Shown here: positions 9,094-18,497 of the stretch, piece after piece
Position numbering within the stretch: the stretch's first letter is position 1
How the letters are laid out: the number at the start of each line of letters is the position of its first letter
Source of the DNA: an uncultured bacterium
GTDB taxonomy: Bacteria > Verrucomicrobiota > Verrucomicrobiia > Verrucomicrobiales > DEV007
Assembly (NCBI GenBank): GCA_963977015.1
Contig: CAXBMO010000004.1
Span: 389,061-453,060 of the forward strand
Length of the DNA: 64,000 nt
Reading direction: 5' to 3'
Made by a program: the position numbers and the translations under genes
Notes under the pieces: generated by a model
The model's input: the letters and a program-made list of their open reading frames with translations, nothing else
Databases searched by the model: none
What the model was told of the DNA's origin: nothing

Positions 9094-9378
9094 ATGGCAT
9101 CGACATTCTTCGTTCAACAGCGGACAGGTGAGACTTGGAACGAGCTCACCGGCAAGTTCATGGAATTTTGTATTCAGATCAAGGGGGTGACGCGGGGTGG
9201 ATGCCACGAAGGGGATTCAAACCCAGCGGAGCTTGACGGGCAGGTCTATGCCTCTGTTGCGATCCCTGATCACTCACCTGACCTTATGACATATCTAACG
9301 GAGTGGGCGAGCTCTGAAGATCGACAAATATGGTCTAAAGAACAGTTTGCAGAACAAGGCGTCAATCTCAATACCTGA
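9094..9378 (+). CDS. Hypothetical protein (gene cassette 2)
   Basis: 94-aa ORF starting 9 nt after GTTCTGC and running into the complementary GCAGAAC box. Confidence 0.65.
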   Translation: MASTFFVQQRTGETWNELTGKFMEFCIQIKGVTRGGCHEGDSNPAELDGQVYASVAIPDHSPDLMTYLTEWASSEDRQIWSKEQFAEQGVNLNT

Positions 9379-9472
9379 ACCGCTCCAAGTTCAAACTGCC
9401 ATGACCATCACCATTTAACCCGGAAGTCGGAGCGTGCCCTCGGGCAGGTGTATAAGGAATTCGACGTTCACA
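9349..9472 (+). other. attC site 2
   Basis: R'' GCAGAAC (complement of the cassette start GTTCTGC) followed by AAGGCG; imperfect hairpin (ACCTG/CAGGT, CGCTCC/GGAGCG); R' GTTCACA; 124 bp. Confidence 0.7.
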
Positions 9473-9473
9473 G

Positions 9474-9743
9474 ATGAAAGAGCGATCACGCTTCCGATTA
9501 CTTTCAGGTTTTCTCCTGCTGATCATCGGCACGATGGGCGGCATTGCCCCCTTGAAAGACGGCCTACATTTCGTGACTGGGATCGACAAGTCTTACATCT
9601 CAAATACTACTGACACTGTCACTCACGCAGATCTCTGGCTGATGCATAACGGCGTCGGGAAGCTTGTAGCCACAGTGACCGGATTATACATCCTTCTTCC
9701 AGCGTTCTGGTCCGCATTGACGAAGAAGAAACAGAAGAATTGA
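9474..9743 (+). CDS. Small two-TM membrane protein (gene cassette 3)
   Basis: ATG 1 nt after R' GTTCACA; two hydrophobic segments; no downstream attC recognised. Confidence 0.6.
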   Translation: MKERSRFRLLSGFLLLIIGTMGGIAPLKDGLHFVTGIDKSYISNTTDTVTHADLWLMHNGVGKLVATVTGLYILLPAFWSALTKKKQKN

Positions 9744-9869
9744 AATGAAAAGCAGTTTCCCGGTTAACCATTGATTGATCTTCGCGGATCTGACAATTGA
9801 GTTTTGGCTGAGTTGGATGTTCATCCTATCGATCGATAGGGGATTTGCCCAGGTTCCCTGCTTCTCTTC

Positions 9870-12014
9870 TCAACGCGTGATGACGCCGGAACTGTAGAGC
9901 ATGTGCGGGTATTCGACTTGGTCCAGAATCGTGAAATGCCCCTTGCGCGTGGCCTCGGCTTTCCCGTCACGGAGAAGCGAGAATTCCGGGGTGAAGGTTT
10001 CTCCTTTCGGCAACGGCACGGTAAAGCGGGTGATACCCTGGGGCGCCTCTTGTTCGTAGAGTCGATCGCCCACCTGAATGCGCAGGGTGCCCGGCTTGGC
10101 GAGGAATGCGAGCAGCTCGATTTCATTGCGTGGCTTTGTGCTTCCCCTGAAGCTCCACGTCTTGCCCTTGCCGGGATCAACCTCGGTGTGGTTCTTGCGA
10201 TAGAAATAGTAGAGGACGTCGCGAACAATCGGCGGTTGTTCGCCGGTTTTGAACCACTGCGTATAATAGGTATTCAGATCGTGCGGGGCAAAGCCGAGGC
10301 AGGACGATGGTTGCATGGCCTGCTCGGAATAATCCGACCAGCTGATGAGAAACGTCCAGTCTGCCCCGGTTTCGATGGCCTCGTGCCACAGGCCGGTCAG
10401 GGTCTGGCTCCCTCCGGCTTCCCAGAGAGCGCAGCCGCGCGTTCGCACGTCCTGCGCGCAAATCGGATAGACCACCTTGGTGGTGAGATCCCGAACTTTG
10501 GCGGTCCAATCGAACGGCCGGGGTTCGCGCGGTCCCCAATGCGCCATGCCGTAGGCAATCGGTGAAAAATCCTGCAGCGTGTTGTAGCTGTTGAACTGGC
10601 AGACCAGGGCAATCGGATGCCCCTGGCGCTCAAGTTCCGCGATGACTCTCTTCCACCAGCCCGGGCTGTGACGTTCCGTCAGCCACATGCTCAAAACCAC
10701 CCGACCGTCCTCCAATCGAAGCGTGGCAGGATGCTGGAGAATGCGCTGAATGGTGGGTGAATTGGCGTATTCGATCGGGTCCGCATCCTGGTCGCCCTCG
10801 CCGCGAATGCCGCTCTTTCCTCCCGAATACACCGCGGGAAGGATCTTGAACTCCGGGTCGACATCCCGAGCGGCATCCAGCAGGGCGAAACTGTTTTTCT
10901 GGAAATAGCTTTGGCCGTTGGTGGGGTGCGGATCGGACCAGAAATCGGCCAGAAACCCGTCGATCCCCATCCGGCGCGCCAAACGCACCTCCTCGGTTCG
11001 CGCCATCAGCATCAGTTCATCCTGGCTGAGGTTGGACGGCAACGGGGGACGCGGCAACGGGCGGTAGAGCAGTTCCGTCCCCGCGTCGGCCCGGTCCTTT
11101 TTCTGGTTCGCCGAAGGATTCAGGACCGTCCGGGTGTACCAGGACAATCCCGGGTCGTATTGATCCACGCCGGATCCGTAGATGAAGTAGTAGGCAAACA
11201 CCTTCCGCGGGCTTTGATGCAACTCGGCCAAGGGCAACTGGTCGAACGGCAGCAGGCTCCGGCGAACCGCATCCACCTGGCCCGCCATGCACACATTGTC
11301 CAACGCCCAGCCCCCAACCGCCGCATCCGGCCCCTCGCTGGAAAAGATCAACCGGGTAAACGGAGTCGCGGGATTGGAAACAGGAACCGATTTGCGCACC
11401 TGAGGACCCGAGCGTTGCCAGGTGCTTTTCGTGGCGTCGCGCAGCGAAATCGTGGCATCACCTATCTCCGGCAGCAGGACCGAAAGATGATACCACCGTC
11501 CCGTTTCCAAGGCACAGATTTCCGTGACCTGCCCAGCTGAATCCTCCACGGAAAGCGAGCCGTTGCGCCCGAGATGCAAACCGATCCCAGTCCCTTCGGC
11601 AGACAACAACTTGCCGGCAAATTCCACACCGCCCGGTTCGCTCCCTTCGTCCAAGCGGAAGTCGAATCCGAGATAGAGTTCCCCCTCCGGCGGGGCCAGA
11701 AAATCGTGGCGAATCCCGAGACCAGAACCGCCGGTCGCACTTTCGTCCTTCAGCACGAGCCCCTTCCCCGTCGCCTCGTTCTTTACGAAGGGCGATTCGT
11801 CCCCGGAAGAGAGTTCCAGGCTGACTCCCTCCACCAAATCGCCAACCATCTGCCACGGATGGGGCGGCAGCTTCCCCGCCGGGTATTCGTCAAAGCGATC
11901 GAGCGGCAAGGTTTCGACCGTTCCGGTTTGCGCGGACAACTCTTCGACAGCGTTGCATCCCAGGCTGAGAATGAGAATGGGCAGCAGACCAAAAATGGGA
12001 TTAAGAAATCGCAT
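9870..12014 (-). CDS. GH71-like (endo-alpha-1,3-glucanase) lipoprotein with N-terminal beta-sandwich domain
   Basis: Lipobox LSLGC; RKVFAYY, EVRLARRMGIDGF, SWSDYSE, WFKTGEQP..DVLYYFYR resemble GH71. Confidence 0.7.
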   Translation of the reverse strand: MRFLNPIFGLLPILILSLGCNAVEELSAQTGTVETLPLDRFDEYPAGKLPPHPWQMVGDLVEGVSLELSSGDESPFVKNEATGKGLVLKDESATGGSGLGIRHDFLAPPEGELYLGFDFRLDEGSEPGGVEFAGKLLSAEGTGIGLHLGRNGSLSVEDSAGQVTEICALETGRWYHLSVLLPEIGDATISLRDATKSTWQRSGPQVRKSVPVSNPATPFTRLIFSSEGPDAAVGGWALDNVCMAGQVDAVRRSLLPFDQLPLAELHQSPRKVFAYYFIYGSGVDQYDPGLSWYTRTVLNPSANQKKDRADAGTELLYRPLPRPPLPSNLSQDELMLMARTEEVRLARRMGIDGFLADFWSDPHPTNGQSYFQKNSFALLDAARDVDPEFKILPAVYSGGKSGIRGEGDQDADPIEYANSPTIQRILQHPATLRLEDGRVVLSMWLTERHSPGWWKRVIAELERQGHPIALVCQFNSYNTLQDFSPIAYGMAHWGPREPRPFDWTAKVRDLTTKVVYPICAQDVRTRGCALWEAGGSQTLTGLWHEAIETGADWTFLISWSDYSEQAMQPSSCLGFAPHDLNTYYTQWFKTGEQPPIVRDVLYYFYRKNHTEVDPGKGKTWSFRGSTKPRNEIELLAFLAKPGTLRIQVGDRLYEQEAPQGITRFTVPLPKGETFTPEFSLLRDGKAEATRKGHFTILDQVEYPHMLYSSGVITR

Positions 12015-12164
12015 GGTTTTCGGCACCCCTAAGCTCGAGGGCTACGGAAAGGCAAGTTTTCGTCGACAATCGCGCCCCAACATCCAGTCGACGCAGTCCC
12101 CAGTTCAACGCTCCCCCATTGCAAAGCGCCGCAAGGCCTTCGTTCCCACAACGCCCATGCTGGG

Positions 12165-12223
12165 CACACACAAGGCATTGTAGTGGAACGCTGATCGCGT
12201 CCGCTAAACGCGAGACGTTCTGC
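12165..12223 (+). other. Degenerate short attC-like site before the BrnT/BrnA cassette
   Basis: ACAAGGCATTGTAGTGGAACGC-TGATC-GCGTCCGCTAAACGCGAGAC hairpin ending in R' GTTCTGC (12217-12223). Confidence 0.55.
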
Positions 12224-12253
12224 TAAGAAAAGCCTTGAGCCCCTTCAGATTTC

Positions 12254-12270
12254 GGTATAAAAAATATACC
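12254..12270. promoter_or_regulatory. Palindromic operator / promoter of brnTA-1
   Basis: GGTATA-AAAAA-TATACC directly before the GTG start; TTGAGC upstream at 12235. Confidence 0.65.
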
Positions 12271-12271
12271 G

Positions 12272-12544
12272 GTGGACTTCGAATACGATCCCGACAAGAG
12301 TCAATCCAACCAAGAAAAGCACGGGATTGATTTTGAAGAAGCACAACGTCTCTGGGTTGATGAAGACGGATTGGAAATTCCCGCTATTTGTGAAATTGAG
12401 CCAAGATTTGCTCGGTTTGCAATGCTTGATGGCAAGGTGTGGGCAGCGTTTTTCACGATGAGAGGAGAAACCATCCGAATCATATCCGTAAGACGAGCAC
12501 GAACCAAAGAAGTTGAACTCTATGACAGCGGAACAATTGGATAA
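12272..12544 (+). CDS. brnT: BrnT family toxin
   Basis: FEYDPDKSQSNQEKHGIDFEEA...IRIISVRRAR. Confidence 0.9.
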   Translation: MDFEYDPDKSQSNQEKHGIDFEEAQRLWVDEDGLEIPAICEIEPRFARFAMLDGKVWAAFFTMRGETIRIISVRRARTKEVELYDSGTIG

Positions 12545-12800
12545 AATTTTCGATAAAGGCGAAGAGGATATTTTGCCTTACCTGGAATTGGCTAAAGCCG
12601 TGCGCCCCGGCCACAAATCAAAGAGAGTCAATGTTGATTTTCCCTCATGGATGATCGAAAGGCTTGATCGTGAGGCGAGTCGGTTAGGAGTTCCGCGCCA
12701 GTCCCTGATTAAAGTGTGGATCGCCGAAAGACTATCGGACACAGAATCGAAAAAGAAGCAGAACAAAAGCGTGGAGACAGACGTGGCTCCCGCAGCGTAG
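12522..12800 (+). CDS. brnA: BrnA/CopG-type (RHH) antitoxin
   Basis: KRVNVDFPSWMIERLDREASRLGVPRQSLIKVWIAERL; overlaps toxin end. Confidence 0.85.
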   Translation: MTAEQLDKIFDKGEEDILPYLELAKAVRPGHKSKRVNVDFPSWMIERLDREASRLGVPRQSLIKVWIAERLSDTESKKKQNKSVETDVAPAA

Positions 12801-13038
12801 TTCTCAAAAAGAGAGAAAAGGGACGGGCCTTTTTTACGTAGAAAATCGCTTCATCCATAGATTTCGTATTTCCGGCTTGGGCCAGCTACGATCAATCCGG
12901 GGTGGCGGTGGGAACGTGGTCAATCAGGTCGACTACCGGTACGATGATTGTTGGAAGTTGCGTTAGTTAGTGCGAAGAAGCGGAGCGGATCCTGAGCCAC
13001 CAATCGCCATGCAATGCGTCTCATTCCTTTGGTCCGGC

Positions 13039-14592
13039 CTACGGCAGCTTCAGGCACACCGCTTCACGATCGTTCCTCACGAGAAGATAGTTGCCGGCGA
13101 GGGCGGGGGCGTTCCAGGTTTTGCTGGTGAGGGGCGAGATGCGGCCGAGTTCGGTGAATGCTTCGGGGTCGATTTGGACGAGGGCGACGTCGCCGGTTTC
13201 GGCTTGGATGAGGAGGTAGCGGTCCCCCACCCTGAGGTTCTGGCCGTAGCCGTATTTGGCGCCTTTCCAGACGCGTTTGCCGGTGGCGACATCCATGGCG
13301 ATGAGCTTGCCTTCGTCCAACCCGTAGGCGTGGCCGTCGACGACGATGGGGCTGCTGAATTTGGTTTTCATCTGGCTGGCGTCCCAGATGGATTCAACGG
13401 TCCAGGGGTCGCCGACGGTGAGTTGCAGCAGGTTGGTGGGCGTTCCGTAGCTGGCGGCGACGAGGACTTGATTCGGGCTGACCTGAATCGGCTGAGCCAC
13501 TTTGGGAAACCCACCCGGCCAATCGAATCGCCAGAGTCGATCGCCTGTTTCCGGATCGAAGCCACTGACATTGTCGCCAAGGATCGTGACGACCTGATCC
13601 TTGCCATCGAGATTGAGCAGAACCGGAGAACTGTAGCTGGCGGGGCCATCACCGGATTGCCAAACCGGTTTTCCTGTCTCCCGATCAAACGCGAGCACGG
13701 CGTTGGCTTCGTTTTCACCACCGGTGACGACGACGAGGTTTTCGAGCACGAGGGGCGAGGCGGATTTCCCCCATTCGACATTGGCAAGGCCTAGTTCCTC
13801 AAGAACAGGACGAGTCCAGAGAAGCTTGCCGTCTGAAAGATGGAGGGCGTTGAGGATGCCGGTGGCGCCGAGCACGTAAACGACGCCGTCGCGAATCGTG
13901 GGAGTCGCGCGCGGACCGTCGCCGCCCATGGCTTCGCTGAACCGGGCGGGGTCGGTGTGCGACCAGAGCAGTTGGCCGGTTTGGACGTGGTAACAGGTGA
14001 CGAGTTCGTCCCCGCCGCGTTGTTCCTGAGTCACGGCGCGTTCGCCCACGACGGAAAACGCGGACCAGCCAAGGCCGATGGGGATGCGCCAGAGTTCTTC
14101 CGGCGGGTTGGTTTCCCAATCCGGGTTCAAGCCGGGATCGGGGACGAAACCATCCATGGCCGCGCCGAGGAAGGAGGGAAAGTCCGCCAGATCCGGGTCT
14201 CGGCTTTGAGCGAGGGAAGGAGACTCTGCGGGAACCGGCAGGGCTTCGAGGTTTTCGCCCGGTTTTTCCGTCCACTTCCAGGTGAAACTGGCGGGGAGTG
14301 CTCCGTTGGCGGAACCGTCGTAGCGCAAGGTCGTGGCGGCGAAGGCGATGAGCAGGGCAGTCCCGAATATCCCGGCGAGGAGCGACTTCCAGCGAAAGCG
14401 CCCCGCCAAAAAGACCCACCAGAGACCGACGAGCAACGCCGTGAGAATGAGCGTTGGATACACCAGGATGACGCGCATGTGGTGCTCGATGAGGAAGAGG
14501 GTGTTGAGAATCGCGGTCGAGGCGAAAATGAGGGTGAGCGGAATCCAAAATCGATAGTTTGGAGTCGGTGAGACGTTGGAGGAGGTGCTCAT
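13039..14592 (-). CDS. PQQ-like (BamB family) beta-propeller membrane protein
   Basis: Three N-terminal TMs; repeated GxxxW propeller motifs; GPRATPT. Confidence 0.85.
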   Translation of the reverse strand: MSTSSNVSPTPNYRFWIPLTLIFASTAILNTLFLIEHHMRVILVYPTLILTALLVGLWWVFLAGRFRWKSLLAGIFGTALLIAFAATTLRYDGSANGALPASFTWKWTEKPGENLEALPVPAESPSLAQSRDPDLADFPSFLGAAMDGFVPDPGLNPDWETNPPEELWRIPIGLGWSAFSVVGERAVTQEQRGGDELVTCYHVQTGQLLWSHTDPARFSEAMGGDGPRATPTIRDGVVYVLGATGILNALHLSDGKLLWTRPVLEELGLANVEWGKSASPLVLENLVVVTGGENEANAVLAFDRETGKPVWQSGDGPASYSSPVLLNLDGKDQVVTILGDNVSGFDPETGDRLWRFDWPGGFPKVAQPIQVSPNQVLVAASYGTPTNLLQLTVGDPWTVESIWDASQMKTKFSSPIVVDGHAYGLDEGKLIAMDVATGKRVWKGAKYGYGQNLRVGDRYLLIQAETGDVALVQIDPEAFTELGRISPLTSKTWNAPALAGNYLLVRNDREAVCLKLP

Positions 14593-14724
14593 GAAGGGGA
14601 ACTCGGGCTTAGAGCGCCGGTAACGTGGGGAAGTTACAGAGGCGAATCAATTTTGCCGACAAGTGGCAGTATCTCAGGAGTTACGAGTTGAATCCGGGCG
14701 AGGATCACTTCACTCTGTGGGAAC

Positions 14725-15711
14725 ATGCTTCTTCAAGTTTCCGGTCTGCAGACTTATTTCCATACCCGTGAGGGAACCGTGCGCGCGGTGGATGGGGTTT
14801 CGTTCAACCTGGACAAGGGGAAGACGATCGGGATTGTGGGGGAATCGGGATCGGGCAAGTCGGTTTGCTGTTACTCGCTGCTCGGGCTGATCCCGATGCC
14901 GCCGGGGAAGATCGAGGGCGGCGAGGCGATTTTTGACGGACAGGATTTGTTGAAGATGGATGAGGAGGCGCTGCGGCAGGTGCGCGGGAACCGGATTTCG
15001 ATGATTTTTCAGGACCCGATGACGTCGCTGAATCCGTATTTGAAGATTTCGACGCAGTTGATTGAGCCGCTCGTGCTGCACAATCCGGAGATTTCCAAGG
15101 AGGAAGCGCTGAAACGGGCGATTGACGAGCTGGCGGCGGTGGGGATTCCCGATCCCGAGAAGCGGATCCACAGCTATCCGCACGAGTTTTCCGGCGGGAT
15201 GCGGCAGCGGGTGATGATTGCGATGGCGTTGATCGCGCGTCCCGAGGTGTTGATTGCGGACGAGCCGACCACGGCGCTGGATGTGACGGTGCAACGCCAG
15301 GTCATGGATTTGATTCGGGCGCGCCAGGAGGAGCTGGGAACGGCGGTGATTTTCATCACGCACGACCTGGCGGTGGTGTCGGAGGTTTGCGACGAGGTTT
15401 ACGTGATGTATGCGGGCCGGATCGTGGAATCGGCGTCAACCCGCGAGCTGTTTTCGAACCCGAAACACGCGTATACCCGGTCGCTGCAACGCTCGATCCC
15501 GGCGATTCAGCCAAAGGGCGAGGATCTCTACACGATTCCGGGCATGCCGCCGAATCTGACCAAAGAGATCACCGGATGTGCGTTTGCTCCACGTTGCCGC
15601 ACGAAAACGCGGGACCAATGCCTGACCGACCGGAAACCAGAGTTGATCGAGTGTGAGCCCGGTCATTGGGTTCAAAATTGTCCGGGATGTCTCGGCCCAA
15701 TGGAAGATTAG
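14725..15711 (+). CDS. oppD: Oligopeptide/dipeptide ABC transporter ATP-binding protein (OppD/DppD)
   Basis: GESGSGKS, FSGGMRQR, ADEPTTALD, C-terminal Cys-rich oligo_HPY domain. Confidence 0.9.
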   Translation: MLLQVSGLQTYFHTREGTVRAVDGVSFNLDKGKTIGIVGESGSGKSVCCYSLLGLIPMPPGKIEGGEAIFDGQDLLKMDEEALRQVRGNRISMIFQDPMTSLNPYLKISTQLIEPLVLHNPEISKEEALKRAIDELAAVGIPDPEKRIHSYPHEFSGGMRQRVMIAMALIARPEVLIADEPTTALDVTVQRQVMDLIRARQEELGTAVIFITHDLAVVSEVCDEVYVMYAGRIVESASTRELFSNPKHAYTRSLQRSIPAIQPKGEDLYTIPGMPPNLTKEITGCAFAPRCRTKTRDQCLTDRKPELIECEPGHWVQNCPGCLGPMED

Positions 15712-15739
15712 GCACCCCCAACGAATCGAACTGCGAATC

Positions 15740-16534
15740 ATGGCTTACCTCGAACTGCGCGACCTCACCAAACACTTTGCCGTCCACAAGGGCTTCTTTG
15801 AACACAGCGAGGAGGTGGTGAAGGCGGTCGATGGCGTTTCCCTCCAAATCGAGAAGGGGCAGATTCTGGGCCTGGTCGGCGAAAGCGGCTGCGGCAAGAC
15901 GACGCTCTCGCGAATGATCATGCAGCTGATCCCGCCGACGAGTGGGGAAATCATCCTGCGCGGAGAACGGCTCAACGAGTTGAAGGCCCGGTATGTGCGG
16001 GAGCGGCGGCCGGACTTTCAAATGATCTTCCAGGATCCCTACGCGTCGCTCAATCCACGAATGACGGTGTATTCGACGATTGCCGAGGCCTTGCGGAACG
16101 GGAAACAGCTCAACGAGAGGGGGAAACGACGGATCGTCAGCGAGATTATGGAGCGCGTTGGGCTCGATCCGCGGTACATGCGCAAATACCCTCACGAGTT
16201 CTCAGGCGGTCAGCGGCAGCGAATCGCGATTGCGCGGGCCCTGGCTCCGGAACCGAAGCTCATCATCGCGGACGAGCCGGTCTCCGCGCTCGATGTCTCG
16301 ATCCAGTCCCAGATTCTCAACCTGCTGCGCAAGCTCACCAGTGAGTTGGATTTGACGATGATGTTCATCTCCCACGATTTGGCGGTGGTGCGCTACATCG
16401 CAGATCAGATCGTGGTGATGCAGGAGGGCAAAATTGTGGAACGAGGCGAAGCCGAAACCGTCTTTGACCATCCGAAACACAATTACACTCGCAAGTTGTT
16501 GGCAGCCATTCCCAAGATTACCGAATACACCTAG
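15740..16534 (+). CDS. oppF: Oligopeptide ABC transporter ATP-binding protein (OppF/DppF)
   Basis: GESGCGKT, FSGGQRQR, ADEPVSALD. Confidence 0.9.
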   Translation: MAYLELRDLTKHFAVHKGFFEHSEEVVKAVDGVSLQIEKGQILGLVGESGCGKTTLSRMIMQLIPPTSGEIILRGERLNELKARYVRERRPDFQMIFQDPYASLNPRMTVYSTIAEALRNGKQLNERGKRRIVSEIMERVGLDPRYMRKYPHEFSGGQRQRIAIARALAPEPKLIIADEPVSALDVSIQSQILNLLRKLTSELDLTMMFISHDLAVVRYIADQIVVMQEGKIVERGEAETVFDHPKHNYTRKLLAAIPKITEYT

Positions 16535-16595
16535 AGGCGGTGACCGAAGGAACTCAGTCATTCGCCCTCCGATTCGAACCCTGCGTCCTTATTTC

Positions 16596-17762
16596 ATGAA
16601 CCCCGATCGACTCGCTCGACCTACCCGCCGTTGGAATCCCAAGTTATCACCCTTGATGGTCAGCATGCTGCACGGCGCCGCCCGGCAGCGGGCCCGGCGC
16701 GAAAGCGGCGTGGTCAAGTATGAGGTGCAGAATGCGGAGATCGTAACCCAAGCCGTGAAGGCGGGGCACGGCGTCCTCATCACGCCAAACCACCCGACTC
16801 ATGCCGATGCCTATGCGATGAGCGAGGCGGCCCGCGCCGCCAAAACGTCGTTCTACTTCATGGCCGCCTGGAATCTGTTCGAGCGGTCGTCGCCCCTGGC
16901 GCGATGGATCCTGCAAAAGAGCGGAGTGTTCAGCGTCGATCGCGAAGGCACGGACCTCGCCGCGATCAAGATCGCCCGCGACATCATTCGGGAGAAGAAG
17001 CATCCGCTCGTCATTTTTCCGGAGGGCGAGGTGTATCACTGCAACCAGCGGGTGACGCCATTTCGGGAAGGCGCGGCCGCGATCGCCCTGTTTGCGGCGC
17101 GGAAAGCGAATCGCAAAACCGTCTGCATTCCCTGCGCCCTGAAGTACACCTATCTCGACGATCCAATGCCCAAGCTGGAGGCGCTGATGACGGAACTGGA
17201 GCGCGCGATCCATTGGCGTCCGCGGACCGAATCCGCCCTGGTCGATCGCATTTACCCCGTCGGCGCCGCGCTCCTGTCGCTGAAGGAGCTCGAGTATCTC
17301 GGCGAAGTCAGCAATGGTCCCCTGCCGGAACGAACCCGGTCTCTGGCGGGCTCCATTCTGTCCGATCAGGAAGAACGCTATGGCCTGAGTGCGGGAGATT
17401 CGACGATTCCCGAGCGGGTGAAGGCGCTCCGCCGTGCCGCGATCGTCAACCTGGAGAAAAACGGCCCCAGCGCGGTCATTGATCGCGATCTCGACGATTT
17501 GTTTGTCGCCGTGCAGCTCTTCAGCTACCCCGGCAACTACGTGGTGGAAAATCCAACGATCGATCGCATTGCCGAGACGCTCGACAAGTTCGAGGAAGAC
17601 GTCTTGATGCGGTATTCGCCAACGCCGCGCGGGAAACGCAAGGTCACCGTTCGGTTCGGCAAACCGATCGAAGCGCCCGCCGAACGGCGCAAAAGCAGCC
17701 CGGAACAACTCACCGACGAGTTGGAGCAGGCCGTTCAGGCCATGCTCGACGATATGGAGTAG
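16596..17762 (+). CDS. PlsC-family acyltransferase
   Basis: NHPTHAD (HX4D), FSVDREG, IFPEGE motifs. Confidence 0.85.
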   Translation: MNPDRLARPTRRWNPKLSPLMVSMLHGAARQRARRESGVVKYEVQNAEIVTQAVKAGHGVLITPNHPTHADAYAMSEAARAAKTSFYFMAAWNLFERSSPLARWILQKSGVFSVDREGTDLAAIKIARDIIREKKHPLVIFPEGEVYHCNQRVTPFREGAAAIALFAARKANRKTVCIPCALKYTYLDDPMPKLEALMTELERAIHWRPRTESALVDRIYPVGAALLSLKELEYLGEVSNGPLPERTRSLAGSILSDQEERYGLSAGDSTIPERVKALRRAAIVNLEKNGPSAVIDRDLDDLFVAVQLFSYPGNYVVENPTIDRIAETLDKFEEDVLMRYSPTPRGKRKVTVRFGKPIEAPAERRKSSPEQLTDELEQAVQAMLDDME

Positions 17763-17816
17763 GCGGAATTAGCGCGTGGCGTGGAGTCGGCGCGAAAATC
17801 AATCGCGACCGGCGCC

Positions 17817-18371
17817 TCAATCGCCCGCCATTCCACCATGGGCCCCGACGCCAAAGTCGCGTCGAGCGGTGGAGATGGTGATCGTAAATCCGCCAATCAC
17901 ATCAATCAGGGAAAGCAGCGTCACAATCAGGAAGGTCGATGTTCCACACGCTTCCACGACGAGGAACTCGATCATGAAGGCGATGAAGACGAACATCGAG
18001 AGCACGTGCTCAACGATCGAGCTGACACTGGTGCGCGTCGATTTAAAGAGCTCGATGTAAAGGATGAAGACGGCAAACAACAACAGGAAGTCGGCGACCA
18101 CAGGCTCCCAAACGGCGCCGGAAATCAGCGGAATTCTGGCGATCGGCTGCGGACGTTTGGCCTCCTTCTGAACTGGTGGCGGAAAATCCTCAGCCGCGGC
18201 CACCTCCTCTGTCGTCACATTCCCATCTCCCGTCGCTTCTTCGGATACCACCGTGACGGCCTCGGGCTGGATGCGAGGCTCCAACAACAGATCCGGCTTC
18301 GTGAAAATGATGATGTTGTAAAGAATCAGAACGAAGACGAACAGGGGGCAACGGAGCAAAAATTTCATCAT
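17817..18371 (-). CDS. Conserved hypothetical membrane protein
   Basis: Four hydrophobic segments; ends DVIGGFTITISTARRDFG. Confidence 0.7.
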   Translation of the reverse strand: MMKFLLRCPLFVFVLILYNIIIFTKPDLLLEPRIQPEAVTVVSEEATGDGNVTTEEVAAAEDFPPPVQKEAKRPQPIARIPLISGAVWEPVVADFLLLFAVFILYIELFKSTRTSVSSIVEHVLSMFVFIAFMIEFLVVEACGTSTFLIVTLLSLIDVIGGFTITISTARRDFGVGAHGGMAGD

Positions 18372-18497
18372 GGCCGAAGTGGTGTGTTTTTTGGGTTCAC
18401 AAATGGAGAAGCGGACGTTGGACGCTCGATGCGCCCGTAATCTTCGCAACCACGGTCTGTAACAAGGTCGATGAAGAGAATCAAGGCTAATTCCGCG

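Noticed and set aside
8325-9131. Several short ORFs across the intron, MITE and attC
   Set aside because: They cross element boundaries and lack protein-like features; better explained as structured non-coding sequence
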